Source: Mustelus asterias (lineage: Eukaryota). Taken from it: 64,000 bases of DNA. The stretch covers positions 3,162,001 to 3,226,000 of the forward strand of contig NW_027590117.1 in assembly GCF_964213995.1 (NCBI RefSeq), read 5' to 3'. Positions 25,616-39,290 of this stretch are shown here, in pieces. The notes below the pieces were generated by a model. It was not told the DNA's origin. It worked only from the letters and a program-made list of their open reading frames with translations, and did not search any database. A program made the translations under genes and the position numbers. How positions within the stretch are numbered: position 1 is the first letter of the stretch; each line of letters starts with the position of its first letter.

Positions 25616-26364
25616 AATGTAGCCAAGGATTCTTTGGGAGGCAAGGGATGAGATTGCAGAGCCTTTGGCTTTGATCTTTGGGTCCTCGCTGTCCACGGGG
25701 ATGGTGCCAGAGGACTGGAGAATGGTGAATGTTGTTCCTCTGTTTAAGAAAGGGAATAGAAATGACCCTGGTCATTATAGACCTGTTAGTCTTACTTCGG
25801 TGGTTGGTAAATTGATGGAAAAGGTCCTTAGAGATGGGATTTACGACCATTTAGAAAGTTGCGGATTAATCCGGGATAGTCAGCATGGATTCGTGAAGGG
25901 CAAGTCGTGCCTCACAAATTTGATAGAATTTTTTGAGGAGGTAACTAAGTGTGTTGATGAAGGTAGGGCAGTTGATGTCATATACATGGATTTTAGTAAG
26001 GCGTTTGATAAGGTCCCCCATGGTCGGCTTATGATGAAAGTGAGGAGGTGTGGGATAGAGGGAAAGTTGGCCGATTGGATAGGTAACTGGCTGTCTGATC
26101 GAAAACAGAGGGTGGTGGTCGATGGAAAATTTTCGGATTGGAGGCAGGTTGCTAGCGGAGTGCCGCAGGGATCAGTGCTTGGTCCACTGCTCTTTGTGAT
26201 TTTTATTAATGACTTAGAGGAGGGGGCTGAAGGGTGGATCAGTGAATTTGCTGATGACACCAAGATTGGTGGAGTAGTGGATGAGGTGGAGGGCTGTTGT
26301 AGGCTGCAAAGAGACATAGATAGGATGCAAAGCTGGGCTGAAAAATGGCAAATGGAGTTTAAAC

Positions 26365-26545
26365 CATAGAAACCCTACAGTGCAGAAGGAGGCCATTCGG
26401 CCCATCGAGTCTGCTCCGACCACAATCCCACCCAGGTCCTACCCCCACATATTTACCCGCTAATCCCTCTAACCTACGCATCCCAGGACTCTAAGGGGCA
26501 ATTTTTAACCTGGCCAATCAACCTAACCCGCACATCTTTGGACTG
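26365..26545 (-). mobile_element. HE1-like SINE 3' half nested in CR1 ORF2
   Basis: Matches the 3' half of 8151..8497; interrupts the 'MEFNPDKC' motif. Confidence 0.85.
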
Positions 26546-28035
26546 ATAAATGTGAGGTGATTCATTTTGGTAGGGCTAATTTAAATGTGGATTACAGAGT
26601 CAAAGGTAGGGTTCTGAAGACTGTGGAGGAACAGAGAGATCTTGGGGTTCATATCCACAGATCTCTAAAGGTTGCCACTCAAGTGGATAGAGCTGTGAAG
26701 AAGGCCTATAGTGTGTTAGCTTTTATTAACAGGGGGTTGGAGTTTAAGAGCCGTGGGGTTATGCTGCAACTGTACAGGACCTTGGTTAGACCACATTTGG
26801 AGTATTGTGTGCAGTTCTGGTCACCTCACTATAGGAAGGATGTGGAAGCGCTGGAAAGAATGCAGAGGAGATTTACCAGGATGCTGCCTGGTTTGGAGGG
26901 TAGGTCTTATGAGGAAAGGTTGTGGGAGCGAGGGCTGTTCTCTCTGGAGCGGAGGAGGCTGAGGGGAGACTTAATAGAGGTTTATAAAATGATGAAGGGG
27001 ATAGATAGAGTGAACGTTCAAAGACTATTTCCTCGGGTGGATGGAGCTATTACAAGGGGGCATAACTATAGGGTTCGTGGTGGGAGATACAGGAAGGATA
27101 TCAGAGGTAGGTTCTTTACACAGAGAGTGGTTGGGGTGTGGAATGGACTGCCTGCAGTGATAGTGGAGTCAGACACTTTAGGAACATTTAAGCGGTTATT
27201 GGATAGGCACATGGAGCACACCAGGATGATAGGGAGTGGGATAGCTTGATCTTGGTTTCAGATAAAGCTCGGCACAACATCGTGGGCTGAAGGGCCTGTT
27301 CTGTGCTGTACTGTTCTATGTTCTATGTTAGCTCTGAATGGGGGAACCTCACCGTAAAATGAGAGTGAGACATTTCAGGGATAATTTAGACCATAAGATA
27401 TAAGTATATAAAATATAAGAATTAGGCCACTCGGCCGCTTGAGTCTGCTCTGCCAATGAAGCATAGATGATATTTTTCTCATCCCCACTGTTCTGCCTTT
27501 TCCCCATAATCCCTGATCCCCTTATTTAATTTCAGGAAAAGCTTCTTGATAGAGGATGGTGGGAATGTTGAATTGTCCACAAACAATTTTTAAAGCTGAG
27601 TTTATCAGGAAATTAACAAGCTGAAGACGACAAGCAGCCAGTAACATGAAGGTGGATAGTCAGAGTTTCTGTAGGTATTTAAACAATAAAAGAATTAAAG
27701 TGAGCATTGGTTCTATCGAAAGTGCATCTGGGGAATTGATAATGGAAAATGGGATATTGACAAATGAATTGAACAGGTAGTTTTCATTTGTGTTCACTAT
27801 AGAGGACACAAGTAACATCCCAAAAATAGCTGGAAATCAGCAAATGGAAGGGAGGGAGGAACTCAGGAAAATTACAATCACCAGGGAAAGTGGTATTGAG
27901 CAAATTGTCGGATCTGGAGGCTGACAAATCCCTGCGTCCGGATGGGCTTCACACTCAGGACATGAAATCAGTGGCTAATGAGATAGCTGATGCATTTGTT
28001 TTAATTTTGCAAAATTCCCTGGCTTCAGAGAATGT

Positions 28036-28192
28036 GATGTGGAGATGCCGACGTTGGACTGGGGGGTAAGCACAATAAGAAGTCTTACAACACCAGGTTA
28101 ATGTCCAACAGGTTTATTTTACTACTAAGTAAACCTTGTGCTACCAAATAAACCTATTGGACTTTAACCTGGTGATGTGAGACTTCTCATTG
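28036..28192. mobile_element. Fold-back solo PLE pLTR (two inverted pLTR pieces) with 12-bp TSD
   Basis: 'acaacaccaggttaatgtccaacaggtttattt' and its inverse; TTCAGAGAATGT at 28024..28035 and 28193..28204. Confidence 0.75.
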
Positions 28193-28302
28193 TTCAGAGA
28201 ATGTTCCATTAGAATGAAATATAGAAAGTGTAACACCTTTATTCAAAAAGAGATGGAGAGAGAAAACAGGGAACTACAGGCTGTTACCCTGACAGCTGTT
28301 CG

Positions 28303-28430
28303 ACGATGAAGGGGCAGCCTGTTCCGAAAGCTGGTGGCTTTTGCTACCAAATAAACCTGTTGGACTTTAACCTGGTGTTGTCAGACTTCTTCCTCTGTTT
28401 ACCCCAGTCCAACGCCAGCATCTCCACATC
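28303..28430 (+). mobile_element. Solo PLE pLTR with decayed hammerhead
   Basis: 'gatgaaggggcagcctgttccgaaagct...aaataaacctgttggactttaacctggtgttg...atctccacatc'. Confidence 0.7.
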
Positions 28431-30231
28431 TTTTTCTGGGTGGCAGGATATGTCGAATGGTGTATCTGTACCAGGGCCACAACTTGTTACAATTTATAAA
28501 AATGGCTTTGATGAAGGGACTGAAGATACGGTTGTTAAATTTGCTGACAGCATAAAGATTGACAAGAAATTAATTGCAAAGTGTACGTAAGGAGGCTACA
28601 AAAGGAAACAGATAGGTTATGTGAATTGGCAAAATGTGGCAAGTGAGGCAAATTGCGAGGATGAAACAGTGGATGAAAAATTGAGACTTACAAAGTTGAG
28701 ATGAATAGGGTGCCAGCCAGGTACATAGCCACCAGAAATAAATACACGGCATCCAAAGCTAGAGTATCCTGGAGTCTAAGGATATTGATAAGAAAATAAG
28801 GAAGAAAAAAGAGACATAGGATGCATGCTGGAATAATAATAGCAATAGAAATCAGGAAAAACAGTTCAAATGCAGGAGAGAGGCTAAGGCTTTAATAAGG
28901 GAGGCTAAAAGGGAGCATGAGGAAAGGATAGCAGGCTGCGCTAAAACAAATAGTAAAATGTTCTTCAAACATATACATGTGAAAAGGTTAGTGAAGGATA
29001 AAGTGGGGCTCAAAAGGGCAGGGTAAACTGATCACTGAAGCAGAGGGTATGGCAGAGATACTAAATGAGTACCCTGCTTCTGTCTTTACAAAATTAGACA
29101 ATATGACAATGGCCCTGTTGAAAATATGGGTGCTCAGTAACTGAACAGTATAGTGATAGATAAAGAAGAGGCGCTAAAACTCTGGCAGCACTCTCAGTCG
29201 AGAAATCACCAGGTCCAGACTGGATGCATGGTAGATTGCTGAGAGGTGAGGGAGCAAATTGCGCAGCCATTGACAGAAACTTCCTGGCCTCTTTGAACAC
29301 AGAATTAGTCCCATGGGATTGGAGGATTGCAAATGTAATGCTGTTTTTCAGGAAAGGGGCAAAGGATACCCCAGGAAACTACAGACCTCTCAGCTGGACA
29401 TCAATAGTGAGAAAACAGATGGAGGCCACAGTCTGAAATAAGATATATATATACTCTCAGAGAAATATAAGTTCATACTCGGCAGATGACATAATTTTCT
29501 CAAGGGCAGGTCATGTTTGGCAAGATGAGACACAGACATTGGATGAGGGTAGTGCTGTCGATGTTGTATATTTGGCCTTTCAGAAAGCATTTGATATGGT
29601 GCCACATGGCAGGTTGGTGAGCGAATTAGAAATGTTTGTGATTGATGGGTCCTTGGCAGCATGGATTAGAAGTTGGCTGAAAGATAGGAAACAGAGGTTG
29701 GGTATAGATGTGCATTTCTCAGACTCGAGACGAGTTGAAAGTGGTGTTCCCCAGGGATCAGTGTTGGGACACTTGCTTTTTCTGATTTATAAAAAACCAT
29801 TTAGAGATCGATGTTAAGGGCAAAATTTGCATACAATACCAAGCTGGGGAGAATAGTGAATTGTGAGAATGATGCTGAGTGACTTTAGAGGGACATTGAC
29901 AAGTTGCCCAAATGGGCAGACACCGCAGATGAATTGCAATGCAGCAAAATGTGAGGAAATGCATTTTGGTACAAGAAACATGAGGAGAAAATATGCCCAT
30001 TATGGTACAACATTTAGGGGAAGAACAGGAGCAGAGAGAACTTGGGTTTCAAGTGTATAATGCTCTGTTGCGGGCAAGGCAAGTTGAAACAGTTATTAAT
30101 ACGGCTGATAGGATCCTTGGAGTCATAGAGGTTTACAGCATGGAAACAGCTCTTTGGCTCAACTTGTCCAAGCTGCCCTGTTTATACCACTAAGCTAGTC
30201 TCAATTGCCTGCATTCGGCCTGTATCCCTTC

Positions 30232-30575
30232 AGAATCATAGAAGCCCTATAGTGCAGAAAGAGGCCATTTGGCCCATCGAGTCTGCACCGACCACAATCC
30301 CATCCCGGCCCTACCCCCTTATCCCGACATATTTACCCGCTAATCCCTCTAACCTACGCATCTCGGGACACGAAGCGGCAATTTTAGCATGGCCAATCAA
30401 CCTAACCTGCACATCATTGGACTGTGGGAGGAAACCGGAGCACCCAGAGGAAACCCATGCAGACACGAGGAGAATGTGCAAACTCCACACAGACAGTGAC
30501 CCAAGCCAGGAATCGAACCCAGGTCCCTGGAGCTGTGAAGCAGCAGTGCTAACCACTGTGCTACCGTGCCACCCC
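30232..30575 (-). mobile_element. HE1/V-SINE-like SINE
   Basis: Full length, similar to 8151..8497. Confidence 0.88.
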
Positions 30576-30934
30576 AATTCCCTACAATTCCAATTCCAAT
30601 TTATACCAATCTTACCCATGTAACTGTCTAAATGCTTTTTAAAAGACAAAATTGTACCTACCTCTACGACTGCCTCTGGCAGCTCGTTCCAGACACTCAC
30701 AACTGTGTGTGTGAAAACCCTCTGGTTCTGGGTTCCTAGTCCATGAATCAGAAAAGGCTAATATAGATGTGCAGCAAATAATTAGGAATGCAAATAGAAT
30801 GTTATTGCTTAATGTGAGGAATTGTAGGGAATTGATGCTTCACTTGAACAGAACGAGGTGAGACCACATCTGGAGGATTGTATACAGTACTGGTCCCCTT
30901 ATCGAAAGAAAGATGTAAACACGTTAGAAGCAGT

Positions 30935-31627
30935 GTCAGTGTGCAATGAATACTCTCTCAATCTATCAGCGTGTGTGCGTGAAGAATCAACTCTCTCAAT
31001 CTATTACTGTATGGGTGTGGAATTAACTCTCAATCTATTAGTGTGAGAGTGTGGAATTAACTCTTTCTCAACCTATTACTGTGTCTCAGTGTGTAATTAA
31101 CTCTATCTTAATCTAGTGCTGTGTTTGGGTGGAATTAACCCTCTAACAATCTATTACTGTCTGTGTGTGTGTGGAATTAAAACTCTCTCAATCTAACAGT
31201 GTGTGTGGGTGTGGAATTAACTTTCTCTCAATCAGTTGCTGTGTGTCGGTGTGGAATTAACTCTATCTTAATCTATTACTGTGAGAGAGTGTGCAAGTAA
31301 CACTGACAATCTATTAGTGTGTGTGAGTGTGTGGTTAACTCTCTCTCTCAGTCTATTGCTGTGAGAGAGTGTGGAATTAACTCTCCCTCTCAATCTATTA
31401 CTGTGTGAGAGTGTGTTGAATTAACTAGCTGACAATATATTACTGTGTGTGTGTGTATGTGGAACTAACTCTCTCTCAATCTATTACTGTGTGAGAGTGC
31501 GTGGAATTAACGAGCTGACAATATATTACTGTGTGTGTGTGTGTATGTGTGTGTGTGGAACTAACTCTCAATCTATTACTGAGTGAGTGTGTGTGTGGTG
31601 TGTGTGGAACTAACTCTCTCTCAATCT

Positions 31628-31673
<46 letters not shown>

Positions 31674-33200
31674 AGTTGACTCTCTCAATCCATTAGTGTG
31701 TGAGAGCGGCAATTATAATTGTCTCAATCTACTACTGTGTGTCAGTGTGGCAGAAACTCTCTCTCAATCTATTACTATGTGAGAGTGTGGCAGTAACTCT
31801 CTGACAATCTATTACTATGTGAGAGTGTAGAATTATCACTCTCTCAATCTGTTACTGTGTGTAGAATTAATTCTCTCTCAATCTATTAAGGTGTGTGAGT
31901 GTGTAATTAACCCTCTGTCAGTCTATTACTGTGTATGAGTGTCGAATTAACTCTCTCAATCGATTAGTGTGTGAGTGTAGAATTAACTCTCTCACTCCAT
32001 TACTGTGTGTGAGTGTGGAAATGACTCTCTTCTATTACTTTATCGATTACTGTGCAGAATTAACTCTCTCAATCTATTATTGTATGTGAGTGTGGAATTA
32101 ACTCTATCCTATTACTGTTTGTGCATGTGTGCGTGTGTGTGGAATTAACTCTCTCTCAATCTATTCCTCTGTGTGATTGTGGAAGTAGCTCTCTCAATCT
32201 ATTGCTGTGTGTGTGTTGAATTAACTCTCTCTCAATCTATTGCTCTGTCAGTGTGGAATTAACTCTCTCTCAATCTATTGCTCTGTCAGTGTGGAATTAA
32301 CTCTCTCACAATCTATTACTGAGTGTGAGTGTGGAATTAACTATCTCTCAATCTATTACTGAGTGCAAGTGTGCAAATAATACTCTCTCAATCTATTACT
32401 GTGTGAGAGGGTGGAATTAACTCACATCTATTACTCGGTGCGAGTGTGGAATTAACTCCCTCTCAATCTATTCCTCAGAGTGTGTGGAATTAACTCTCTC
32501 TCAATCGATTACTGAGTGTGAGTGTGGAATTAATTCTCTCTCAATTTATTACTGTGTGAGAGGGTGGAATTAACTCCCATCTATTACTATGCATGAGTGT
32601 GGAATTAACTCCCTCTCAATCTATTACTATGTGATAGTGTGGAATTAACCGTCTCAATCTGTTAGTGTGTGTGTGTGGAATTAACACCCTCTGAATTGAA
32701 TTGTGAGAGAGTGTGGAATTATCTCTCTCAATCTATTACTGTGTGCGAGTGTGCAATGAATAATCTCTCAATCTATCACTGTGTGAGTGTGTAATTAACT
32801 CTCTCTCAAACTATTACTGTGTTTCAGTGTGGAATTAACTCTCAATCTATTACTGTGTGTCAGTGTGGAATTGACTCTCTCTCAATCTATTGCACTGTGT
32901 GCGAGCGTGGAATTAACTGTCTCTCACTGTATTGTTGTGTGTGAGGATGGAAGAACTCTCTCTCAATCTATTACTGTGTGAGAGTGTGGATGTAACTCTC
33001 TCTCAATATGTTACAGTGTGAGAGTGTGAAATTGACACTCTCTCAACCAATTACTGTGTATGTGTAATTAACTCCCTCTCAAACTATTACTGAGTGTGAA
33101 TGTGGAATTAACTCTCTCTCAATCTGTTACTGTGTGATTGTAGAAATAACTCCCTAGCTATCTATCAATAATGTATGCAATTAACTGTCAGTCTCTGTTA
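30935..33200 (+). repeat. Satellite array, ~36-40-bp unit
   Basis: Consensus 'tgtgtgagtgtggaattaactctctctcaatctattac' repeated dozens of times, with variable (TG)n and (CT)n tracts. Confidence 0.95.
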
Positions 33201-33214
33201 CTGTATGGAAGTGG

Positions 33215-34135
33215 GTCACTGTCAGCTTAGCAAACTGCTGCTAGTAGAGGGCCACAGGGATTAGTGCTGGGTTCTCAGCGATTTACAATCTATACTAATG
33301 ACCCAGATGAAGGGACAGATCAACACCAAATTTTCAGGCAATATATAGGTAAGTGGGAAAGCAGGTTGTGAGGAGGACACAAAAAGTCTGCAAGGGGATA
33401 TAGAGAGGTTAAGTGAGTGGACACAAATCTGGCAGGTAGGATACAATGTAGGAAAGAGTGAGGCTTTCCACTTCAGTGGGAAGAATTGGAAGGCAGAACA
33501 TTATTTAATTAGAGGAAGAGACAGCAGAATGTTACAGTACAGAGGGTCTAACTGTAATTATAAGTACATATGTGGAGTATAAAAGTAGGGAAATGTTGCT
33601 GCAAATACATGGCATTGCTGAGTCTACACGTTTATATGCTTTCTCTGATTTAAAGAGGGAAACACTTGTATTGTAGGCAATGAAGATTCACTTGGTTGAT
33701 TGCTAAGATGAAGGAGTCATCTTATGAGGAAAGTTTAATCAAGTTAAGCTAATATCATAGAAGTTGAGAAGAATGAGAGATGATCATATTGAAACATTGA
33801 AGAATCTGAGGAGACTGGACAGGGTAGATGTTGAGCGGAATGTTTCCATTTATGGGCAAAATTGGAACTACAGGACACAGTTTAAAAATAAAGTATGCCC
33901 CACTTAAGATGGAGATGAGAAGGAATTTCTCCTCTCAAAGTGTCCTTAATTTTTGGCATTGATTAGATTCCATCCTAAGGTAGGAAGAATTTTGATCTAC
34001 GAGAGAGACAAGGGTTATAGGGCAGGCAATAAAATGGAGTTGAGGCCATAATCACATCAACCACGATCTTACTGAATGGTGGGGCAACCCAAAAGAACAA
34101 ATTGCCTTCTGCTACTCCTGCTTCATATGTTCTGA
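33215..34135 (+). mobile_element. Decayed CR1-like LINE 3' end
   Basis: RT C-terminal and 3' tail remnants. Confidence 0.55.
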
Positions 34136-34695
34136 TTTGATGTCAATGTGGAACTAACCCTCTTAGTCTCTGTTTCAGTATTTCAGTGTGGAATTAACTT
34201 ACGTTTGACACTGCATATGAGTGCAGAACTGATTCCCTTTCCATTACTAATTTTATATGAGTGTGCAATGTCTCTGTCAGTCTCTGTTACTGTACAGGAC
34301 ACCTTGATGAGAAATGTTTGGGCCCGACTGGTCTCAAATGTACTCAGGGTTAAACCCATCAGCTTTTCCTCCATCAACACTCCAGTTCAAAGCCAGCCAA
34401 CAAGAACATACCTTCACAGAAAGTGAACACCAATTTTCACAACCAACATCCACCCTGGTTCAAATGGATTCTTTGTCCATTTCTGGCCTCATTTTTCTGA
34501 GCAACAGCCACAATAATTCACTGGTAAAATCATGTGGCCACTGGAATTTTGAAACAAGGTGAAAATTCTGGAATACACAACATGTCAGGTAGCATCTGCA
34601 AAGAGAGAAACAGAGTTCATGTTTCAGCTCACTGACAATCAGCATGAGATAAAACACTTCCTAATATCCACTCATGGCGGCCGCAGTTCCCACAT

Positions 34696-35000
34696 GGGGA
34701 GGTAATGGTGTAGTGGTATTGTCACTGGACTAGTGATCCAGTGTAATGCAATGGGAGCAAATTTTACCACAGCAGAGAGTGCAATTTGAACTAAAAAAAA
34801 ATCTGGAATTAAGGTCTAATGATGACCACGTCATGACAACCCACTTCATTTACTGATGCTCCTTTAGGCAAGCAAATCTGCCCAAATTTACTCTTCTGGC
34901 CGACATGTGACTCCAGACACACAGCAATGTGGTTGACTCTTAAGTGCCCTCTGAAATGGCCTAACAAGCCAGTGATGCCCACATCACATGAATTAATAAA
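34696..35000 (+). mobile_element. DeuSINE-like SINE
   Basis: Head 'ggggaggtaatggtgtagtggtattgtcactggactag'; core shared with 17888..18254. Confidence 0.65.
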
Positions 35001-36223
35001 AACAATGCTCTGCGCCCCGGAAAGTGCTCTATCCAGGACACTGACTTGCCCAGGCACAGCCACAAGGCAATCTGTGCTGGAACATTCCCCAGTGCCACAT
35101 GTAAAGTTTATTTATTTGTGTCACAAGTAGGGCTTACATTAACACTGCAATGAAGTTACTCTGAAAACTCTCTAGTCACTGCACTCTGGCACCTGTTTGG
35201 GTACACTGAGAGAGCATTTAGCATGACCAATGACCAGAGGAAACCTATGCAGACATGGGGAGATTGTGTAGACTTCGCATCGACAGTGACCTAAGCCAGG
35301 AATCGAATCTGGGTCCCTGGCGCTGTGAGGCAGCAGTGCTAACCACTGCACCACTCCCATTCCACCAAGCTGCCCGTGTCTTATTGAAGTTTCCCACTTT
35401 CCTCCTCACAGTTGCCAATGCCTCCAAGATTGGTGGCGTATGGAAATGTTGAGCTTGAGTCCTGTACACCAAGGTGTGTGTCATTAATATATATCAGGAA
35501 GAGCAGGGCTCCTAAAACCGAGCCCTGGGGAACTCCACTAGAAACCTTCCTCCAGTCTGAAACACAACCATTAACCACTACTCTCTGTTTCCTCTCACTC
35601 ACACTGTTCCATATGGGGCGGTGAAGATGGCCTCAGCACCCTAGCTATGACTGTAACACTGCATTCTGCACTCTCTCCTATCCTTCTCTGTGAATGGTAT
35701 GCTTTGTTTGTATAGCACGCAGGAAACAATACTTTTCACTATTTACTAATACATGTGACGATAATAAATCAAATCATACCTCAATCTGAGAATGTATTTC
35801 AGATTTGGATTTGTATCAAATGTATTTGTGAATATTCACTGTGGCCATTAGTACAGTCAATTCAAAACCCCTGATTTGCGTGATGTGACTGGTATTTAAG
35901 TCGAATCTCAGAGTACATTATTACTGTTCATTGTGTAACTTTTAATTAGAATCGATGTGTCAGTTTTACCACATATTTAATTTGGAGCTAAGGCTGCTCT
36001 ATTGTGGGATTGACACTGTGATGATCTGATGGCAGGAGTCAATTTGGACTTGGATTTATGGATCCCACTATCAATAGTACTGGGTTTGATTTGATTTATT
36101 ATTGTCACATGCATTGGTATACAGTGAAAAGTATTGTTTTCTTGCGTGCTATACAGACAAAGCAGACAGTTCATACAGCACATAGAGCAGAAGAAAAGGT
36201 GAGGATGCAGAATGTAGTCCATT

Positions 36224-36306
36224 TAATTGGAGTGCGGTTCAAATGCACACGGACATAAGTCCGTTGGATCTTAAGTCCAACCCCTTAACCACTCGGCCAT
36301 CCTGGT
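36224..36306 (-). pseudogene. tRNA-Leu(TAA) pseudogene
   Basis: Minus strand ACCAGGATGGCCGAGTGGTTAAGGGGTTGGACTTAAGATCCAACGGAC..., matching vertebrate tRNA-Leu-TAA; T-arm/B-box mutated and 3' acceptor strand lost. Confidence 0.85.
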
Positions 36307-36434
36307 AGGATATTTAGAGTCACATGGACAAAAATGTCTGTCTCTCCTGCTCTGTTTGATTGATGGATTGAAAACGTGTCTGCAACTATTTCTGCTCTCT
36401 GAGACCGTTGAACTAATAAGATGTCTGTGTGTCT

Positions 36435-37669
36435 GGAATTGGTTGCATCCTTGGACATACGCATCTCCATCAAGGACGGTCACCTCAGCACTTCACTGTA
36501 CCACAAGCACATGGATAACCTCATGATGCTCCACTTCTCCAGCTTCCATCCTATACACGTTAAAGAAGCCGTCCTCTGTGGACAAGCCCTCTGTATACAC
36601 AGGATCTGCTCAGATGAGGAGTATTGCAACAGACACCTACAGACGCTGAAAGATGCCCTCATAACAACAGGATATGGTGCTCGACTCATTGACCGACAGT
36701 TCCGATGTGCCACAGAAGACAAACACAGGACATGATAGACAGAGTACCCTTCATTGTCCAATCCTTCCCCAGAGCGGAGAAGCTACGACATCTTCTCCGG
36801 AGCCTTCAACATGTCAAGTATGAAGACGAACATCTCGCCAAGGCCATCCCCACACCCTCACTTCTCGCCTTCAAACAATCGCATAACCTCAAACAGACCA
36901 TTGTCTGCAGCAAATTACCCAGCATTCAGGAGAACATTGACCACGACACCACACAACCCTGCCACAGCAACCTCGGTAAATGTGCCGGATCATTGACACT
37001 GATGCCATCATCTCACATGAGAACACCATCCACCACGTACACCGTACATATTCTTGCGAGTTGGCCAATGTTGTCTACCTGACACGCTGCAGGAAAGGAT
37101 GTCCCAGGGCATGGCACATTGGAGAGACTATGCAGACACTATGACAACGGATGAATGAACACCGCTCAACAATCGCCAGGCAGGAGTGCTTCCTTCCTGT
37201 CGGGGTACACTTCAGCAGTCATGGGCATTCAACCTCTGATCTTCGAGTAAGCGTTCTCCAAGGTGGCCTTCACGACACATGACAACGCAGAATCACTGAG
37301 CAGAAACTGATAGCCAAGTTCCGCACACATGAGGACGGCCTCAACCGGGACCTTGGGATCATGTCACACTATCTGTAACCCCCACAACTTGCCTGGGCAA
37401 AATATCAATAACTGTCCTGGCTGGAGACAATACACACCTCTTTAACCAGTGCTTGGCCCTCTCTCCACTTACACTGTCTGTAATTTTAAGACTTGATTAC
37501 CTGTAAAGACTCGCATTCTTACCATTATCTTGTAAATTGAGTTTGTGCCTGTATGTGCCCTGTTTGTGAACACAGCTTCTCACTCACCTGAAGGAGCCTG
37601 AGACTCCAAAAGCTTGTGCTGCCAAATAAACCTGTTGGACTTTAACCTGGTGTTGTGAGACTTCTTACT
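36435..37669 (+). mobile_element. 5'-truncated Penelope-like element (RT end, GIY-YIG, 3' pLTR), degraded
   Basis: ORFs 36421..36735 and 36705..37082 are paralogous to 10847..11392; pLTR at ~37580..37669. Confidence 0.9.
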
Positions 37670-38793
37670 GTCTGAGCTCCGTCAGCGACAACGTGAGATG
37701 GAGCCGGCGACTCACTTCCCTGTAACTTGCGTGGAAGAGACATCACATTTATTCACGTTCCTTCAATAATTTGTCTGTGGAAACAAAGTATATTTTAAAA
37801 TTCAAGTACAGGTGAGAGAGAAGATACAGATTCCGTCAGTTTAATCTCTATTAATAATCATTGTGAGCGGTTTGTGAGGCTGCAGCCAGACTCGAGCTCT
37901 GATTGGTCACTCACATTTCAATCAGATTCGTAACCAACCGGAGAGCCAGGGAGAAGAAATGGGAGGTTTTGATTGGTTCACATTTTCAAATTGGAAAAGC
38001 CCGCCAATTTCAGTGCAGGAAAAATACAAAATAACCGAACGCCTGAATGTTCAGGAAACTATTTCAATCTCACACTTTATAATCTGTTTATTGTATTTTC
38101 CGCCACAGAATCCTGGCGCTATTTTAGGAACAGTTTGAATTTCTCAATCTCTTATCTGTAACCGGCGGTAATCAGACCCCGTTCAGCAATTTAAAACGGA
38201 GCAAATCTCAGCTCAGTGGAAAAGCAGAAACATAGAGATCACCAACCAACCCCTTCACACAGGCTTCACAGGGACAGAGGGAAACGGCTGATTTCTGATC
38301 CTATCCCCCGAAAGCGGCCGGGAATGTTACAATGGGAAGTGCGGAGAGAATCCCCGGCCCGATCCCGCCGGTGGAACAGGCAGCTTTGTGTCTGGAGAAT
38401 AGGGAGCGCCGGGGGGAGGCAGATCTTAAAGCGCTGCAATGGACTCAGGTCCTGTGTGTGCAGAAATCTCTCTGATTCCGTCAATGGCGCAAATGATGAA
38501 ATTGTTGATTAACAACTGAAATCAGAACCTGGGTTCCAGATATTAACTATTAATAAAAAGCAGCAACTTGCATGCATTAAAATACTGCCTGTGACAATAC
38601 TGTCGTAATGTGGATGGTGTATTCGCCTGATGAATTCCTCTGTATCTGCTGCGAGACTGATGGGGTCTATTTACTATCGCACACAGGGGGAACTACGGAT
38701 TGATAAAACAAAGCGGGAAACAGCTGTGCTGTGAATAGCACCGCAGCATCTGAGGGACAGACAATAGATCGCCCTTTTCCAGAAAAAGTGAGT

Positions 38794-38809
38794 GGCTCTG
38801 AAAAGAGCC
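38794..38809 (-). terminator. Histone 3' stem-loop (H2A copy 2)
   Basis: Minus strand GGCTCTTTTCAGAGCC followed by AAAAGGGCGA HDE. Confidence 0.95.
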
Positions 38810-38840
38810 TTTGGGGTTATCAGATTAAAGAATGGCCGCT

Positions 38841-39290
<450 letters not shown>

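Larger units (their letters stand above)
23131..27325 (+). mobile_element. CR1 (HER1-like) LINE, 5' truncated: ORF1 esterase domain + ORF2 APE-RT + 3' tail
   Basis: ORF 23146..23841 SGNH/GDSL esterase 'IGDSLVRG..HIGTND..DRLHL'; ORF2 'YFNARSIRNK..ITETW', '[17 protein letters not shown]'; (ttctatg)n end; TSD TGTTAG at 23125..23130 and 27326..27331; two SINEs nested. Confidence 0.92.
27600..30125 (+). mobile_element. Several old, decayed CR1-like LINE fragments
   Basis: Short ORF remnants 'DWRIANV..F.KG..PGNYRP', 'VDVVYLAFQKAFD.VPH', 'GVPQGSVLG'. Confidence 0.65.

Noticed and set aside
30935-33200. Repeat array with variable interspersed segments, superficially CRISPR-like
   Set aside because: The context is vertebrate, there are no cas genes, and the variable parts are (TG)n/(CT)n slippage rather than unique spacers; it is a satellite
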